From: an uncultured candidate division Zixibacteria bacterium | GTDB lineage: Bacteria > Zixibacteria > MSB-5A5 > GN15 > FEB-12 | Length of the DNA: 64,000 bases | Direction of reading: 5' to 3' | Assembly: GCA_963806185.1 (NCBI GenBank) | Contig: CAWDXE010000004.1 | Span: forward strand, 384,001-448,000 | Shown here: in pieces, positions 1 to 10,255 of the stretch | Layout of the letters: every line of letters begins with the position of its first letter | How positions within the stretch are numbered: position 1 is the stretch's first letter | Notes under the pieces: model-generated | Databases searched by the model: none | The model's input: the letters and a program-made list of their open reading frames with translations, nothing else | Told to the model about the DNA's origin: nothing | Program-made: the position numbers and the translations under genes

Positions 1-1852
1 CTGCCGGCGATAGCGTTGTACGCTGCCCTGACGTGGACGTTGAATTTCACGCAGGACGACGCGTACATCAGCTACCGGTACGTGGCGAATTTTCTGGCGG
101 GGCATGGCTTGGTCTGGAATGTTGGGGAGCGGGTGGAGGGGTTCACGAATTTTGGGTGGGTGGTGTGGCAGATTTTGTGGGGTGGGCTTGGGAGTCAGCT
201 ACATTGCGGTGTCGAAGGTGACGGGGGTGGTGCTGGGCGGTTTGACGGTATTTTTCGGGTTCAAGCTGGCGCGGCAGGTCTTTTCCCAGCCCTCGCAGGT
301 GTGGTATGCGGTGGTGGCGGTATTGCTGGTGGGGGCGAATGCGAGTCTGGCGTACTGGTCACCGGCGGGTCTGGAGACGTCGGCGTTTGTGTTTAGCGCG
401 ACGTTGTGTCTGTATTTTTATATTCGTCGGAGCTGGTTGTTGATTGCGAGCATGCTGTGGGTAGTGTGGTTGCGTCCGGACGGAGCGGTGGTGTGCGGGT
501 TGGTGGTGTTGATCGAGGCGCTGGTGGAGCGGCGGGTGCCGAAATTCACGTTGTTGTCGGTGGTGATGGCCTTTGTGCTGTCGCTGCCGCTGGTGGGATT
601 CAAGATATCGTATTATGGGGGAATCTTACCCAATCCCTTCTATGCGAAAACCAGTTTGTCGTTGGAGCAGTTGTGGAACGGTCTGGAGTACGCTCGGATG
701 TTTGCCCGGGACTATGGGTTCTGGGGGATCGGTTTCGTCGTGGCGGCCGTTTTCTATCGCCGTTTAAATGCTGCTGCTCGCGCGCTCTTCTGGTTTGGCC
801 TGGGATTCAGCCTGTACATCGTATTCATCGGCGGTGATGTTCTGAAAGTGCATCGCTTTTTCCTGCCGCTGGTCCTTCCGTCAGCTATAGTATCTTCCGT
901 TGCCATCTTCCTGCTGCTGCAGAAGGTTCGCTCGCGTGTCCTGCACTTGGGTGTCCTTGGCCTGGTGACTCTCGGATTGATGGGGCTGACCTGGTCTCTG
1001 CCCCGGCCAACCGTTTTGAGATATAATTTCGCCGAGAAATCGCTCACTCACAGCATGTTCTTCATGGCCGAACAAATGCGAGCGTATGATTCGACGTCGT
1101 TTTCGGTGGCCACGCCGACGATCGGGAGTCTTGGCTATGCCCTGTTGGGGCATGATGTCATCGATATGCTTGGCCTCACGGATTCGACCATCGCTCGACA
1201 TCCCGAACCGCCGATTCCCGGAATGCAGACGACCTGGAAGGAGGCTAATCTCAACACTCCGTACCTCCTTCAGAAGGGTCCTGACTACATACTGTTTTCT
1301 ACCGGCATCAAGCCGTCGGCGCCGGCGGAACGCGCCCTCTATCTTTACCGCCAGTTTCTGGATGCCTACCGGATTATCAGCTGGCCGTACGTTGGACCCG
1401 AGCCGAATGCCACCGCGTATGAGAACGGCGTCTACAAAAAGATGCATCCAATCACGGGGGACGTTGTGCGTCGCTATTCGTTAGCCTGGGTCGAAGAACT
1501 GCGGGACGGGATGCAGGTTTTCAATTATGAGCCCCAGGAAGGACTGGGACACTTTCAGAAGTCAGTCGACTTATTGCCGGATTCTCCGTATGTTTACTCA
1601 ATGTACTTTGCGGCTTCCTGCCTTATGTCGCTCAAGCGATATGACGAGGCTTTCCGACTACTGAACGACATTCTGGCTCGCGATTCGCTCGTGCCATACG
1701 TTCACCAGCAGATGCTCTGGGGGGCTGCAAAGCGAAACGACACCGCCGCGATAGCGCTCCACCAGCGATGGCTCCTGCGTCTGAGTCCCTGGGTCTTTCG
1801 CCGTGACTTGATGATAAATGAACAGATGATCAAGCTGGGTCGTCATCCTTGA
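1..1852 (+). CDS. GT-C-type integral membrane glycosyltransferase (arabinofuranosyltransferase-like) with TPR-like C-terminus; 5'-truncated by window edge; one apparent +1 frameshift near 189
   Basis: QDDAYISYRY..N...G.GLVWN.GERVEGFTN motif in frame 1 (16-396) continues in frame 2 (104-1852). Compared with the paralog there is one extra T (ggtgggcttggga vs ggtgggctggga). Many TM helices; PNPFYAK and GGD...RF motifs. Confidence 0.7.
34..657 (+). repeat. Copy 1 of ~620 bp near-identical direct repeat (copy 2 at ~2042-2664)
   Basis: Identical over ~34-188 and ~297-604, with scattered mostly synonymous differences at ~190-296. Confidence 0.9.
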
Positions 1853-1915
1853 TAAACGCCTGCCTCGTGAAAGACAGAATTCATCCTGGCCGCCGGAAAG
1901 AGATGAATTAATAAT

Positions 1916-3841
1916 ATGAAGAGAGCATCACCTTCCCGTACCCGGAAAGACTCCCCCAAGGGTGTTGCGGACTGGGCAAAGAATCATCTCACTGACATTC
2001 TCCTGGCCCTGCCGGCGTTGGGACTGTTTGGCTATTTCGTCTGGACGTTGAATTTCACGCAGGACGACGCGTACATCAGCTACCGGTACGTGGCGAATTT
2101 TCTGGCGGGGCATGGCTTGGTCTGGAATGTTGGGGAGCGGGTGGAGGGGTTCACGAATTTTGGGTGGGTGGTGTGGCAGATTTTGTGGGGTGGGCTGGGA
2201 ATCAGTTACATCGCGGTGTCGAAGGTGACGGGTGTGGTGCTGGGGGGGATGACGGTCTATTTCGGGTTCAAGCTGGCGCGTCAGGTATTTTCCCAGCCCT
2301 CTCAGGTGTGGTATGCGGTGGTGGCGGTATTGCTGGTGGGGGCGAATGCGAGTCTGGCGTACTGGTCACCGGCGGGTCTGGAGACGTCGGCGTTTGTGTT
2401 TAGCGCGACGTTGTGTCTGTATTTTTATATTCGTCGGAGCTGGTTGTTGATTGCGAGCATGCTGTGGGTAGTGTGGTTGCGTCCGGACGGAGCGGTGGTG
2501 TGCGGGTTGGTGGTGTTGATCGAGGCGCTGGTGGAGCGGCGGGTGCCGAAATTCACGTTGTTGTCGGTGGTGATGGCCTTTGTGCTGTCGCTGCCGCTGG
2601 TGGGATTCAAGTTGTCGTATTATGGGGGAATCTTACCCAATCCCTTCTATGCGAAAACCAGTTTCACGGTGGATCAGTTGGCAGTGGGGGGAGCCTACGT
2701 ATGGAAGTTTGCCCGACACTACGCCTTTTACGGCATCGGTTTTCTGGCGGCCGCCCTGTTTTATCGTCGACTCAATGATGCTGCCCGCGCGATCTTCTGG
2801 TTTGGCGTGGGATTCACGGCTTACATCATTGTCATAGGTGGCGACGTACTCTATGTGCACCGATTCCTCCTGCCGGTGGTTATCCCGACAGCCGTCGTGA
2901 CAATAGCGTCCTTGTATCTGGGGCTCAGTTTCCTCCGATCGAGTGGACTGAAGTATCTTATGCTCGGCATCGTCGCGACCGTTCTACTGGCGTTAACCTG
3001 GTGGGGTCCCAAGGCCGAAGTGCAGCGGTACAATAATGCCGAAAAGTCGTTCACGGCCAAAATGCAATTTACGGCCGAGCAGATGCTACAGACGGATTCC
3101 AGCAATTTCTCAGTCGCGGTACCGACGATCGGGCTATTCGGTTATACCCTTCTCGGCCACGACATCATCGACATGGTCGGTCTGACCGATTCGACAATCG
3201 CGCGCTACTCGGAGCCGCCGATTCCCGGAATGCAGACAACGTGGAAAGAACAGAAACACAATTCCCGATATCTGCTGACGCGAGGGCCCGATTACATAGT
3301 GTTTTCGACCGGGGCCAAACCGTCAGCTCCAGCGGAGCGGGCACTTCTCCTCTATCCTGCGTTCATGAATGCCTATCGTACCGTCGGCTGGTATGCGGGA
3401 GATCCGAACAACCCAGCGCGCGGCGTGATCAATCCGGCATACAAAAAGGTGCGGCCCATCAAGCCCGAGGAATTGGAGCCGACCTATCCGGTCGCGTATG
3501 TCCAGTACTACAAAACGGGACTTGATCGCTACACACAGCGCAAATGGGCGGAAGCGATTCCGTATCTGGATTCAGCCATGCAAGTGTCGCCCGACCCGGA
3601 TTACGTGTATATCAAGTACTACAAAGCGTTTTGCCTGATGATGCAGAACCGGTTTGAGGAAGGATACGTGCTGTGCAACCAGATCGTGGCTCAGGATTCG
3701 ACCGTCTATGAAGCGCATAAAGAGCTGTTCCTGATGGACACCGAAATGGGGAATACCGCCAAGGCGGCGATTCATGAACGGTGGCTTGAGAAACTGGTCC
3801 CCTGGTTTGTGCCTCGGTTACGAGCGTTCAACCGATCCTAG
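1916..3841 (+). CDS. GT-C-type integral membrane glycosyltransferase with C-terminal TPR-like helices (paralog of upstream gene)
   Basis: 641 aa ORF with DDAYISYRY, GERVEGFTN, RPDG, PNPFYAK and IIDMVGLTD motifs, multiple TM segments and a helical-repeat C-terminus. Confidence 0.75.
   Translation: MKRASPSRTRKDSPKGVADWAKNHLTDILLALPALGLFGYFVWTLNFTQDDAYISYRYVANFLAGHGLVWNVGERVEGFTNFGWVVWQILWGGLGISYIAVSKVTGVVLGGMTVYFGFKLARQVFSQPSQVWYAVVAVLLVGANASLAYWSPAGLETSAFVFSATLCLYFYIRRSWLLIASMLWVVWLRPDGAVVCGLVVLIEALVERRVPKFTLLSVVMAFVLSLPLVGFKLSYYGGILPNPFYAKTSFTVDQLAVGGAYVWKFARHYAFYGIGFLAAALFYRRLNDAARAIFWFGVGFTAYIIVIGGDVLYVHRFLLPVVIPTAVVTIASLYLGLSFLRSSGLKYLMLGIVATVLLALTWWGPKAEVQRYNNAEKSFTAKMQFTAEQMLQTDSSNFSVAVPTIGLFGYTLLGHDIIDMVGLTDSTIARYSEPPIPGMQTTWKEQKHNSRYLLTRGPDYIVFSTGAKPSAPAERALLLYPAFMNAYRTVGWYAGDPNNPARGVINPAYKKVRPIKPEELEPTYPVAYVQYYKTGLDRYTQRKWAEAIPYLDSAMQVSPDPDYVYIKYYKAFCLMMQNRFEEGYVLCNQIVAQDSTVYEAHKELFLMDTEMGNTAKAAIHERWLEKLVPWFVPRLRAFNRS
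2042..2664 (+). repeat. Copy 2 of ~620 bp near-identical direct repeat
   Basis: Direct alignment with 34-657. Confidence 0.9.
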
Positions 3842-3883
3842 TCGAGCAAGGTAGAGCAGACCCGGGACGTGACCCAAAATGAG

Positions 3884-3911
3884 TTGACAACCGTCCCGGT
3901 CCGCGTATATT
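3884..3911 (+). promoter_or_regulatory. sigma70-type promoter for tRNA-Gly/tRNA-Cys
   Basis: TTGACA (3884-3889), 16 bp spacer, TATATT (3906-3911) just upstream of the tRNAs. Confidence 0.7.
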
Positions 3912-3937
3912 AGAAGCCGTCTTAAAAAGTCGTTAAA

Positions 3938-4014
<77 letters not shown>

Positions 4015-4021
4015 ATTCTTG

Positions 4022-4093
<72 letters not shown>

Positions 4094-4275
4094 CTTTTTT
4101 TCTCCCCTGATTATTCCCGTCCGTAGAAAAGACTTTCCTGAGTCTGGGTACCATCAATTTCGAACGCTTAAGACGAGTCAAGAAAGATGCCACCGAAACA
4201 GGTCGATCGGAATCTTCACTATCCTGTATATCTATTTTAATTTCAACGATTTCTGGGCTTTAGATTCTCGGCACT

Positions 4276-4293
4276 TTGTGAAAAAAATAGTAA
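4276..4293. promoter_or_regulatory. Putative Crp/Fnr- or Rex-type operator upstream of ferredoxin
   Basis: TTGTGAAAAAAATAGTAA just upstream of TTGATT-N17-TATATT. Shares TGTGAAAAAAAT with the sites at 14895 and 37781. Confidence 0.45.
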
Positions 4294-4380
4294 ATCAGGC
4301 CTTGATTAGTCCTGTATAATTGCATATATTGGTCGGCAACAGGAATGATCGCCGCATCTTATAAACGAGGAGGTTTGACC

Positions 4381-4566
4381 ATGGCGATGAAAATTACCGA
4401 AGAATGCACCGCTTGCGGTCTTTGTTTGCCGGAGTGCCCGACGAATTCGATTTCGGAAGGTGATATCTATCTGATCGACGCGGCTAGCTGCAATGAGTGT
4501 TCTGATCAGAGCGATGGCCCGCATTGCCAGGCTGTGTGTCCCGTCGACTGCATCATAAAAGCGTAG
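4381..4566 (+). CDS. 2[4Fe-4S] ferredoxin
   Basis: CTACGLCLPECP and CNEC......C...CP motifs; GAGGAGG RBS. Confidence 0.93.
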   Translation: MAMKITEECTACGLCLPECPTNSISEGDIYLIDAASCNECSDQSDGPHCQAVCPVDCIIKA

Positions 4567-4594
4567 CATTATTGCTAAATGCTTCCATGAAGAT

Positions 4595-4626
4595 GGGCTG
4601 TCACGAGTTTCGTGACGGCCTTTTTT
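4595..4626 (+). terminator. Rho-independent terminator after ferredoxin
   Basis: GGCTGTCACGA/TCGTGACGGCC hairpin followed by a T run. Confidence 0.85.
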
Positions 4627-4659
4627 GTGCCGTTGGGGAGCGAGACGGGCGTGGCGGGC

Positions 4660-4740
4660 AAAAAAAAGAGGGCGCTACTCTGGTTGGGTAGAGGGGGCTA
4701 GGAAACTACCCAGGGACAGCAGAGAGTCACCCTCGTCAGT
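4660..4740 (-). ncRNA. Candidate ~80 nt structured small RNA (long hairpin, C/U-rich loop, U8 tail)
   Basis: Nested stems GAGGGUG/CGCCCUC, ACUCU/AGAGU and UGGGUAG/CUACCCA, then U8. TTGACA lies upstream on the minus strand (4773-4768). Confidence 0.5.
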
Positions 4741-4832
4741 CGTAAAAATGTATGGCCGCTTCCACGTTGTCAAGTGCGATATTGAGCGATCGATCAGAGA
4801 CGACAAGATCGTTCTCACTGATTTTTATCGAC

Positions 4833-5528
4833 CTAATAGCGGACGACTTTAACGGGTACGGTGACAAATAGGGGTTCACGTGCACCGCGAACCGCGAGCA
4901 TCACCCGGACATTCGTGTTGTACGTTCCGGCTGCAAGTTTCTCTCGTGGAACAACTTCAAAGTCCACTTTACCGCCCTTTGGGGCGCTGGGGTGGATAAC
5001 GCGAACTGTCACCAGACTGTCATACGACTCGATTGCCGATACTTCCATCAACGAGGCAGCCGGGTTGATGATGCTGAAGATGCGCGATTTCTGCGGCGGC
5101 AGAAAAAACAACGAAATCGGTTCCGGCTTGATGCCGTAAAGCCACTGGCCCACCGTTGCAAGATAGTAAACCTGAAGAGGACTGTTGCCTCTTTCCGTCG
5201 TATACACACTGAGCAGCTTGCTGATTCGGCCGTAGAAATTAGTCGTCTCGAATATTACGCGCACCACGGCCGTGTCGTTTGGCCCGGCGAGCGAGTCGAC
5301 CAAAATGACGGTGGTGCAGCCACAGTCGGAGCGAGCGGAGTCGATCCTGATCGGCGTGCTGCCGACGTTGACGAATTTGAAATCATGAGTGACGAAGAAT
5401 TCAATCGCCACGGCGCCGAAGTCATAGGTATGCTCAACCGGCACCAGCGTGGCGCCGGCAGAGGCGAAGATGGCCACTACACATATGGCACAGAGGGTCA
5501 GTATTCGTTGGATCATTCGCGTGTGCAT
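4833..5528 (-). CDS. Secreted DUF1573 (Ig-like) domain protein
   Basis: Signal peptide; YDFG...F.F.N.G..P..I....SDCGCT motif. Confidence 0.8.
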   Translation of the reverse strand: MHTRMIQRILTLCAICVVAIFASAGATLVPVEHTYDFGAVAIEFFVTHDFKFVNVGSTPIRIDSARSDCGCTTVILVDSLAGPNDTAVVRVIFETTNFYGRISKLLSVYTTERGNSPLQVYYLATVGQWLYGIKPEPISLFFLPPQKSRIFSIINPAASLMEVSAIESYDSLVTVRVIHPSAPKGGKVDFEVVPREKLAAGTYNTNVRVMLAVRGAREPLFVTVPVKVVRY

Positions 5529-6518
5529 CAGTCAACCGTCTCAACTTTTGGCAGGTATCCTTGCGAGCGCATCCAGGCATCATTATAACATTTGCTCAAA
5601 TACCTGATCCCGGCATCGGCGAAGATGCCGATGATGAGTGCTTCCGGGCCCAGACGGCGGGCAATATGGGCCATCGCGAAGGCCACGGCCCCGGACGATC
5701 CGCCGCCGGAGATTCCCTCGCGAATGGCGATCTCACGTGCGCGCAGAAATGAGTCCCGGTCGGACACCGTCACTACTTCGTCGACCAGCTGGGGATGCAG
5801 CGCTTCGGTAATCACGTCCGAACCGATACCCTCGACCTTGTACGCCGTTCCTTCAACTTCCTTGCGATCGCGAATCCAGTCGGCAAAGATCGAGCCCTCC
5901 GGGATCAACTGCGATTGCGCGAACAGCCGGGTTCTTCTCTTTCAGAAATCGTGCCGTACCGGAGAACGTCCCGCCGGTGCCAATCCCGGCGACGAAATGG
6001 GTAATCTTTCCTTCGGTGTTTTCCCAGATCTCAGGTCCGGTTGAGACGTAGTGGGCTTCGACATTGTCCTGGCTGTTGTATTGATCCAGGTCAAAATAGC
6101 CGTGTTCCTTGGCGAGACGACGGGCCACCATATAGCATCCCTTTGGGTCGTGGTGACCGGCCTCGGTAGGCGTAATAATCACTTTGGCGCCGAACGACTT
6201 GATAAGATCAACTTTCTCCTGGCTGGTCTTTTCCGGGGTGACCAAAATCGCTTTGAGGCCATATTGGCAGGCGATCATGGCGAGGGATGAACCGGTATTG
6301 CCGGAGGTGTTGTCGATGACGGTATCGCCAGGTTTCACCTTGCCTTGGGCGACTGCTTTGGCGATGATATGTTTGACCATCCGATCCTTCACCGAGCCGG
6401 TCGGATTGTAGCATTCCAATTTCACATAGCACTTCGGGCCGGGATCAGGAATGCCGGTCCGCAACCGGACCAACGGGGTATTGCCGACCAGGTCCAGAAC
6501 GTTTTCGTAGGCGCGCAT
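5528..6518 (-). CDS. PLP-dependent cysteine synthase / cystathionine beta-synthase family; apparent +1 frameshift near 5902
   Basis: VGNTPLV, KLECYNPTGSVKDR, TSGNTG and GIGTGGT in one frame; EGSIF...VEGIG...GGSSG in the next. One extra C in gatcccggag. Confidence 0.85.
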
Positions 6519-6679
6519 GCAATCTCCTTTTGAGTCACAGATGTTATACAATCCTGGCCGGCAATTCAAGACTTTAATTCAGACTCCCTGCGGGGGTCTT
6601 TTATGTTGACAGTTTCCCTCTGATCGTATATCAAGGGCGCGTGTTCCCGGGGGTAGGGAACGGAACAAAAGGAATACTC

Positions 6680-7270
6680 ATGTCACGAATTTACATAGCC
6701 ATACTCCTCCTGGCCATTACGTCCGGATGCTCCGACAAGCAGAAGGAGGCCGACCGGCTGGCCGCCGAGGTTAAGGCGATGGCCGCCAGCGACAGCACCA
6801 AGGATACCTTGGCAGCAGCCGCCGATACCGGGGTGATCGACACCCAGATAGTACCGCCAGAGACGACAGTCGAATCTGTGCCAACCAGTGACGCCGAATT
6901 GGCACAAAATCAGACGTTGGATTCGCCAGTATCATCGCCTGACACGGCCGCCGCTCAGGATACCACGCCGCAAGCCACGGAGACACCGGTCGATACGGCT
7001 GCTATTTCACCAGGCATGCCGCCTCGCCCGGCCGATGACGGCTTCGTAGTGCAAATCGCAAGCACAGTGGATGCGAACGAAGCCAAAGAGACAGTGGCTC
7101 GATTCGTCGAATTTGGCTATCCGGCCTTCCCGCAAGCGGCTCAGGTCGAGGGTACGGTGTGGTATCGGGTGCGCATCGGCCCGTATCCCACCACGCGGGA
7201 AGCTGGTAACGTTCTGGCGGAGCTGAATCAGAAGTACCAGGTATCCGGCTGGATCGCCAAACACCACTAG
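6680..7270 (+). CDS. SPOR-domain (peptidoglycan-binding) lipoprotein
   Basis: Lipobox ITSGC, low-complexity linker, C-terminal FVVQIAS...WYRVRIGPY SPOR motif. Confidence 0.85.
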   Translation: MSRIYIAILLLAITSGCSDKQKEADRLAAEVKAMAASDSTKDTLAAAADTGVIDTQIVPPETTVESVPTSDAELAQNQTLDSPVSSPDTAAAQDTTPQATETPVDTAAISPGMPPRPADDGFVVQIASTVDANEAKETVARFVEFGYPAFPQAAQVEGTVWYRVRIGPYPTTREAGNVLAELNQKYQVSGWIAKHH

Positions 7271-7290
7271 GGTCAGAGTTGCGACAAAAC

Positions 7291-7318
7291 AAAAGGGCCG
7301 GTAAGACCGGCCCTTCTT
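7291..7318. terminator. Bidirectional terminator between convergent genes
   Basis: AAAAGGGCCGGT-AAG-ACCGGCCCTTCTT inverted repeat. Confidence 0.8.
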
Positions 7319-7339
7319 CATCCTATCTGTAACTCCTGC

Positions 7340-9289
7340 TTACATTTCCTTTTTCGGTTCCAGTCCCTTCAAGTGGGTGTCCAGGAAAGCGACCTGACGG
7401 CGGTACTCGGTTATGACATTGGGTCGCTTCGAAGCGCCGTGTCCCTCGTCAACGAAAAAGAGCGAATCGACCACACCGTGGTTGGCGTTTATGGCCGCAG
7501 CCATCTGGCGAGCCTCGTCGATTGGCACTCTCGGGTCGTTGGCTCCGTGGATGAGCAGCAGCGGCGTCTTTATCTGGTCGGCCTTGTGAATGGGGGAGAT
7601 CGACCTCAGGAAGAGGCTGTCGGCGAGTGGACCATATTCCGCTTCACGCAGCTTCCGGCGATAGGCCGCGGTGTTCTTCAGGAAAGTCTCGTAATTGGCA
7701 ATGCCGACACTGCTAATCGCCGCCGAGAACATGTCCGGGTAATCGGTGATCATCCCTAAAACGACATATCCGCCGTACGAACCTCCGCGAATAGCGATCT
7801 TTCCGGGTGCCGTGTAACCGTTTTGAATGAGCCATTCCACGGCGGCGCGGTAGTCTTTGAGTGAATTCTTGCGATTCTTATAGTTGTCGAGCGCCAGGAA
7901 TGACCGGCCATACCCTGACGATCCGCGCGGATTCGGCGCGAGAATGCCATAGCCGTTCAGCATGAAATACTGCAAATTTCGTTGGAATGAAGGCTGGAAT
8001 TGGCTCTCAGGGCCGCCGTGGGCGTCGACGATGAAAGGAATCGGCTCACCCGGTTTATAGTTTGGGGGCAAATAGAGAAAGGCGGAAATTTCAAGCGAAT
8101 CAAAGCTTCTAAAACGAATCAGTTGCGGCTCGGTGAATAGAGTGCGATCGATGCCGGCGTAACTTGAAAAAGTGAGTTGTGTCAGCTCCTTGGTAGCGGG
8201 AACCCAACGCCAGACATCGCTGGTCCTGGTTGGGCTGTTGAATGAGAGGTAGACCCGACCCTCGGAATCAAAGGCACCGCCGCCGATCATGCCGTCGAGC
8301 TTGGGCAATGGAAGTTCGACTTTGCTTTCGACTTCGCGCAGCTTCAGGCGGTTGTACCCGTCCTCATTGACGAGTGCCGCGATGTACTTGTAGTCTCGAG
8401 AAATCGCTATGCTCTCAAGATCCCACTTCGGGTCAAGCCAGCCGTCGTTGATGAATTCAACGGCGGTCGACCCAAGCCGAAGCCGGGCCAACTGCAGCCG
8501 CCCGTCCGGATTATCATTGCAGACCATCATGATGGTCTTGTTGTCCGGCATCAGGACCGGAGAGTCGTAGATCACATCAGCGGTGTCTTTCGTAATCTGC
8601 TCGCACTTTCGTGTCTTGGCATCGACCAGGAATAGGTCCTGGTCGACATTGGCATTGGCCCGCGTGAGAATGAAACGAGCTCCGTCCTGTGACAGATTCA
8701 CCACGTAAAGTGAGCCGTGCACGCCGGTGGTGTCGCCAAGTATCTTGGTAGACTGACCGGTGGCGACATCCATGCTGTAGATCTTGAAATTGGTGAGGTC
8801 CTCTTCGTTGGAACTGTAATAAAATGATCGGTCGTCCTTGGCCCAGTTGATGGAGATATAGCGGGCTTTCGGATTGTTGGTCAGTTGGTAAGTACGCCCC
8901 GTCTCGTTATTCATCAGAAAGAGCTGAGAATTCTCTGATCCGCCGATCGATGCCCCGACGACCGATAGGTCCGCGCCCCAGTTCGGAACAAAGAAATCTA
9001 TGCCGTCCTCAAACGTCGTCAGTTGATACGGCCAGCCACCCTCTATCAGCCGGTAGACTTGAGGTGCGCCTGACAGTGAGGAAGTGAAATAGACCGCCTT
9101 GCCGTCCCACGAAACTGCCGTGAAGCTGGCCGCACCGATCTGCATGAAGGTGGTAATATCGGGGAGAGTAGCCTTGGTGTCCAAAACGGTGGTCGGCGTG
9201 ATCGGCTTGTCCTGTGCGACGGTTGAGCCGAGTGCAATAAAAATGGTCAGAAAACAGCAAGTTATCGTACGTCTGGTGACGCTGTACAT
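7340..9289 (-). CDS. Secreted S9 family (prolyl oligopeptidase-like) peptidase
   Basis: Signal peptide, beta-propeller region, HGGP, RGSSGYG, GGSYGG nucleophile, DPRV and DEGHG. Confidence 0.92.
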   Translation of the reverse strand: MYSVTRRTITCCFLTIFIALGSTVAQDKPITPTTVLDTKATLPDITTFMQIGAASFTAVSWDGKAVYFTSSLSGAPQVYRLIEGGWPYQLTTFEDGIDFFVPNWGADLSVVGASIGGSENSQLFLMNNETGRTYQLTNNPKARYISINWAKDDRSFYYSSNEEDLTNFKIYSMDVATGQSTKILGDTTGVHGSLYVVNLSQDGARFILTRANANVDQDLFLVDAKTRKCEQITKDTADVIYDSPVLMPDNKTIMMVCNDNPDGRLQLARLRLGSTAVEFINDGWLDPKWDLESIAISRDYKYIAALVNEDGYNRLKLREVESKVELPLPKLDGMIGGGAFDSEGRVYLSFNSPTRTSDVWRWVPATKELTQLTFSSYAGIDRTLFTEPQLIRFRSFDSLEISAFLYLPPNYKPGEPIPFIVDAHGGPESQFQPSFQRNLQYFMLNGYGILAPNPRGSSGYGRSFLALDNYKNRKNSLKDYRAAVEWLIQNGYTAPGKIAIRGGSYGGYVVLGMITDYPDMFSAAISSVGIANYETFLKNTAAYRRKLREAEYGPLADSLFLRSISPIHKADQIKTPLLLIHGANDPRVPIDEARQMAAAINANHGVVDSLFFVDEGHGASKRPNVITEYRRQVAFLDTHLKGLEPKKEM

Positions 9290-9473
9290 CCCGAGCTCCT
9301 TGTTCTGAGAATTTCTTTTCTGAGTGGATGATAAATGCAAATGGCCACCGGGACAACCGGAAAGATTGGCCGGCGGGAGCAGGGCAGGTCATGGAAAATA
9401 AACCGAGTGGCCGTCTCCGAAAATGCTGCTATTTTGGATTACGGGCGTGTAACCGCAAAGAAAGGATGGAAAT

Positions 9474-9749
9474 ATGGCCGGGCAGAACTCACACCGGGCT
9501 CATGACGAGCGCACTTTTGAAGAGGAAATCAAGGTTTCCGGCGAACAACTCGTCGAGACAGTCAAGAAACTCGTTCACGAAGCCAACATTCGGCGCATTA
9601 CCATCAAGAATGAGACGGGGGAGACAATCATGGAAATTCCGCTCAGCGTTGCGTCGGTGGGTGCCCTTCTGGTACCAGTGATCGCCGCCCTCGGCGCCGT
9701 GGCTGCTCTGGTGACCAATTGCACTATCGTGGTTGAAAAAAGGAAGTAA
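9474..9749 (+). CDS. DUF4342 domain protein
   Basis: LVETVKKLVHEANIRRI.IK...EIP...AALVT.CTIVVE signature. Confidence 0.8.
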   Translation: MAGQNSHRAHDERTFEEEIKVSGEQLVETVKKLVHEANIRRITIKNETGETIMEIPLSVASVGALLVPVIAALGAVAALVTNCTIVVEKRK

Positions 9750-9755
9750 TCCGGA

Positions 9756-10253
9756 TTAGTGAGCGCCGGCGACGGACGCACGGGACTGCTCATCCAGAAT
9801 CGATTTGATCCAGTAGATAGCCTTGGGAATGGCCTTCTGCACTACCGTACTCAGGGGGGCTCCAAAGCTGTAGTTCTCACCTTCAATCCCGAGGATCAGG
9901 CAGGTCTGCGGCAGTTTGCCCATGACGCGAGCCAGCTCCACTGCTTCCGCCACCCCGATTTGATGGGTGGAGGCGCCGAACAATTCCACGGGAGCCGCTT
10001 TCTCAGAGACGTCAAAGCACCGTACGACGCCCGGTTCTCCACCAGAGTACATGGCGTCGATGATAACGACAATACGTGCGTCCTCCAGCAATTCCAGGAG
10101 TCGAGTCCCATCATTGTCGACACAATGGACGTCGGCAAGTCCGGGATATTCTGCCTGAATTGACCTGGCCAACTGAACGCCAACGGCGTCGTCGCCGCGA
10201 TCGCAGTTTCCGACGCCGATTATTCGAACGGGAATCTTGGTGTCACTGGACAT
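9756..10253 (-). CDS. Hydrogenase maturation protease
   Basis: GVGN..RGDDAVG, IIDA and STHQ motifs; last gene of the hydrogenase operon. Confidence 0.92.
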   Translation of the reverse strand: MSSDTKIPVRIIGVGNCDRGDDAVGVQLARSIQAEYPGLADVHCVDNDGTRLLELLEDARIVVIIDAMYSGGEPGVVRCFDVSEKAAPVELFGASTHQIGVAEAVELARVMGKLPQTCLILGIEGENYSFGAPLSTVVQKAIPKAIYWIKSILDEQSRASVAGAH

Positions 10254-10255
10254 GT

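Noticed and set aside
34..2664. Diversity-generating retroelement template/variable repeat pair
   Set aside because: Differences between the copies are not adenine-specific and are mostly synonymous, both copies are coding N-termini, and there is no reverse transcriptase in the window.
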